This document shows, piece by piece, positions 46,141-46,680 of a stretch of DNA of 46,680 bases. The DNA lies in the NCBI GenBank assembly GCA_964509645.1, contig CAZDXV010000004.1, positions 1-46,680 of the forward strand. The letters run 5' to 3'. The position numbers were made by a program, and so were the translations under genes. Every line of letters begins with the position of its first letter. The stretch's first letter is position 1. The notes beneath the pieces were generated by a model, which made no database searches, was not told the DNA's origin, and saw only the letters and a list, made by a program, of their open reading frames with translations. The stretch comes from an uncultured Candidatus Saccharibacteria bacterium. GTDB taxonomy: Bacteria; Patescibacteriota; Minisyncoccia; Minisyncoccales; GWA2-38-27.

Positions 46141-46680
46141 ATTGTCTACTAGGAACTTAGCATTGACGTTCCCACCGTACATGCAGATTTCCCGCATACG
46201 GCGAGCTCTAATGCATTTTTTCTTTAAGTTTATGTACTTGTAATAAACCAGATTTTTCCAGATGTTTTTTCTTTTCAACCAATTCCATAATTTTACAAAA
46301 AACCTTAAAATCATTTCTTTTGCTTTCCAGCTTAAGCTTATTCTTCAGATATCTTTTTGGAAATACACATTTCCGCAAGTGAAAAATTCTTTCAATTAAT
46401 AAAGAATTCTTTTGTCTTTCGAAACAAGTTTCAGATAAAACCTAGGCTCTACAAGAGCTCTTCTTTTTCCTTTGCTTCTATCTTTAGGATTACGAACATA
46501 AGCCGTAAAACTTCCTTCTCCATCTACCAAGCCAATAATATAATCTGGTTTAATCATACATTAGAGAAGATCCTTCCCCGATAAATCAGGTACTATGATC
46601 TAGCTGACTTCTGACGTAGCGTCAATTCCATTATACTACGTCAGATCTCCCTGGGTCAATATATAGACTGTTCCCAACAT
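46141..46680 (-). mobile_element. group II intron (3' part) inserted just before 16S C1400
   Basis: domain V TCGCCGTATGCGGGAAATCTGCATGTACGGTGG (46204-46172), 3' end AT, upstream GGGAGATCT...CAGAAGTCAGC...CATAGTA...GAAGG domain II/III signature. Confidence 0.85.
46208..46557 (-). pseudogene. single-motif LAGLIDADG endonuclease pseudogene in group II intron domain IV
   Basis: MIKPDYIIGLVDGEGSF...; TAA at codon 54; frameshift/deletion before KRNDFKVFCKIMELVEKKKHL. Confidence 0.88.

Larger units (their letters stand above)
45662..46680 (-). rRNA. rrs: 16S rRNA, 3' part only; exons 46056-46140 and about 45662-45701; continues beyond window
   Basis: CGCCCGTCACA, GAAGTCGT|AACAAGG, GTAGGGGAACCTGC..GGATCA. 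Confidence 0.95.

Noticed and set aside
1-46680. CRISPR array, prophage or intact defence operon
   Set aside because: No regularly spaced repeats and no cas, phage structural or recognisable defence genes seen

Overview
AT-rich bacterial chromosome segment, standard genetic code (TGA used as stop), most consistent with a Patescibacteria/CPR (Parcubacteria-like) genome; this is inferred from gene content, intron-rich rRNA and FemABX/GT39 genes. In order it holds: two accessory surface-protein genes (PEP-CTERM; PG-binding plus dockerin), murI-murD-ftsW-murG-capA, an IS481-like remnant, lysS-serS-hydrolase-Mur ligase-DegT-FemABX-ftsQ, two GT39 glycosyltransferases, a CIRCE-controlled hrcA-grpE-hsp20-dnaK-dnaJ operon, tRNA-Lys and tRNA-Ala followed by an integrase/dinB deletion scar, ctpA-rplI-pyrG, rpmA, a small accessory cluster (acidic peptide, WYL-like protein, orphan structured transcript), xer, gltX, greA and mrdA-mreD-mreC. 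A minus-strand rRNA region follows, split into separately promoted units: 16S 3' part with one group II and one group I intron, tRNA-Ile-tRNA-Ala, a membrane-protein gene, 23S with five group I introns, and 5S. Main findings: DnaJ has HPH in place of HPD while DnaK has Met at its partner position (E. coli R167); the 16S 3' end has no anti-Shine-Dalgarno while many genes look leaderless; an orphan RNA displays a perfect SD in a hairpin loop next to a WYL-like gene; a 9-nt 23S micro-exon carries U2585; and the 16S group II intron carries a decayed LAGLIDADG gene. All calls were made by eye, no searches were run, and rRNA ends are approximate.
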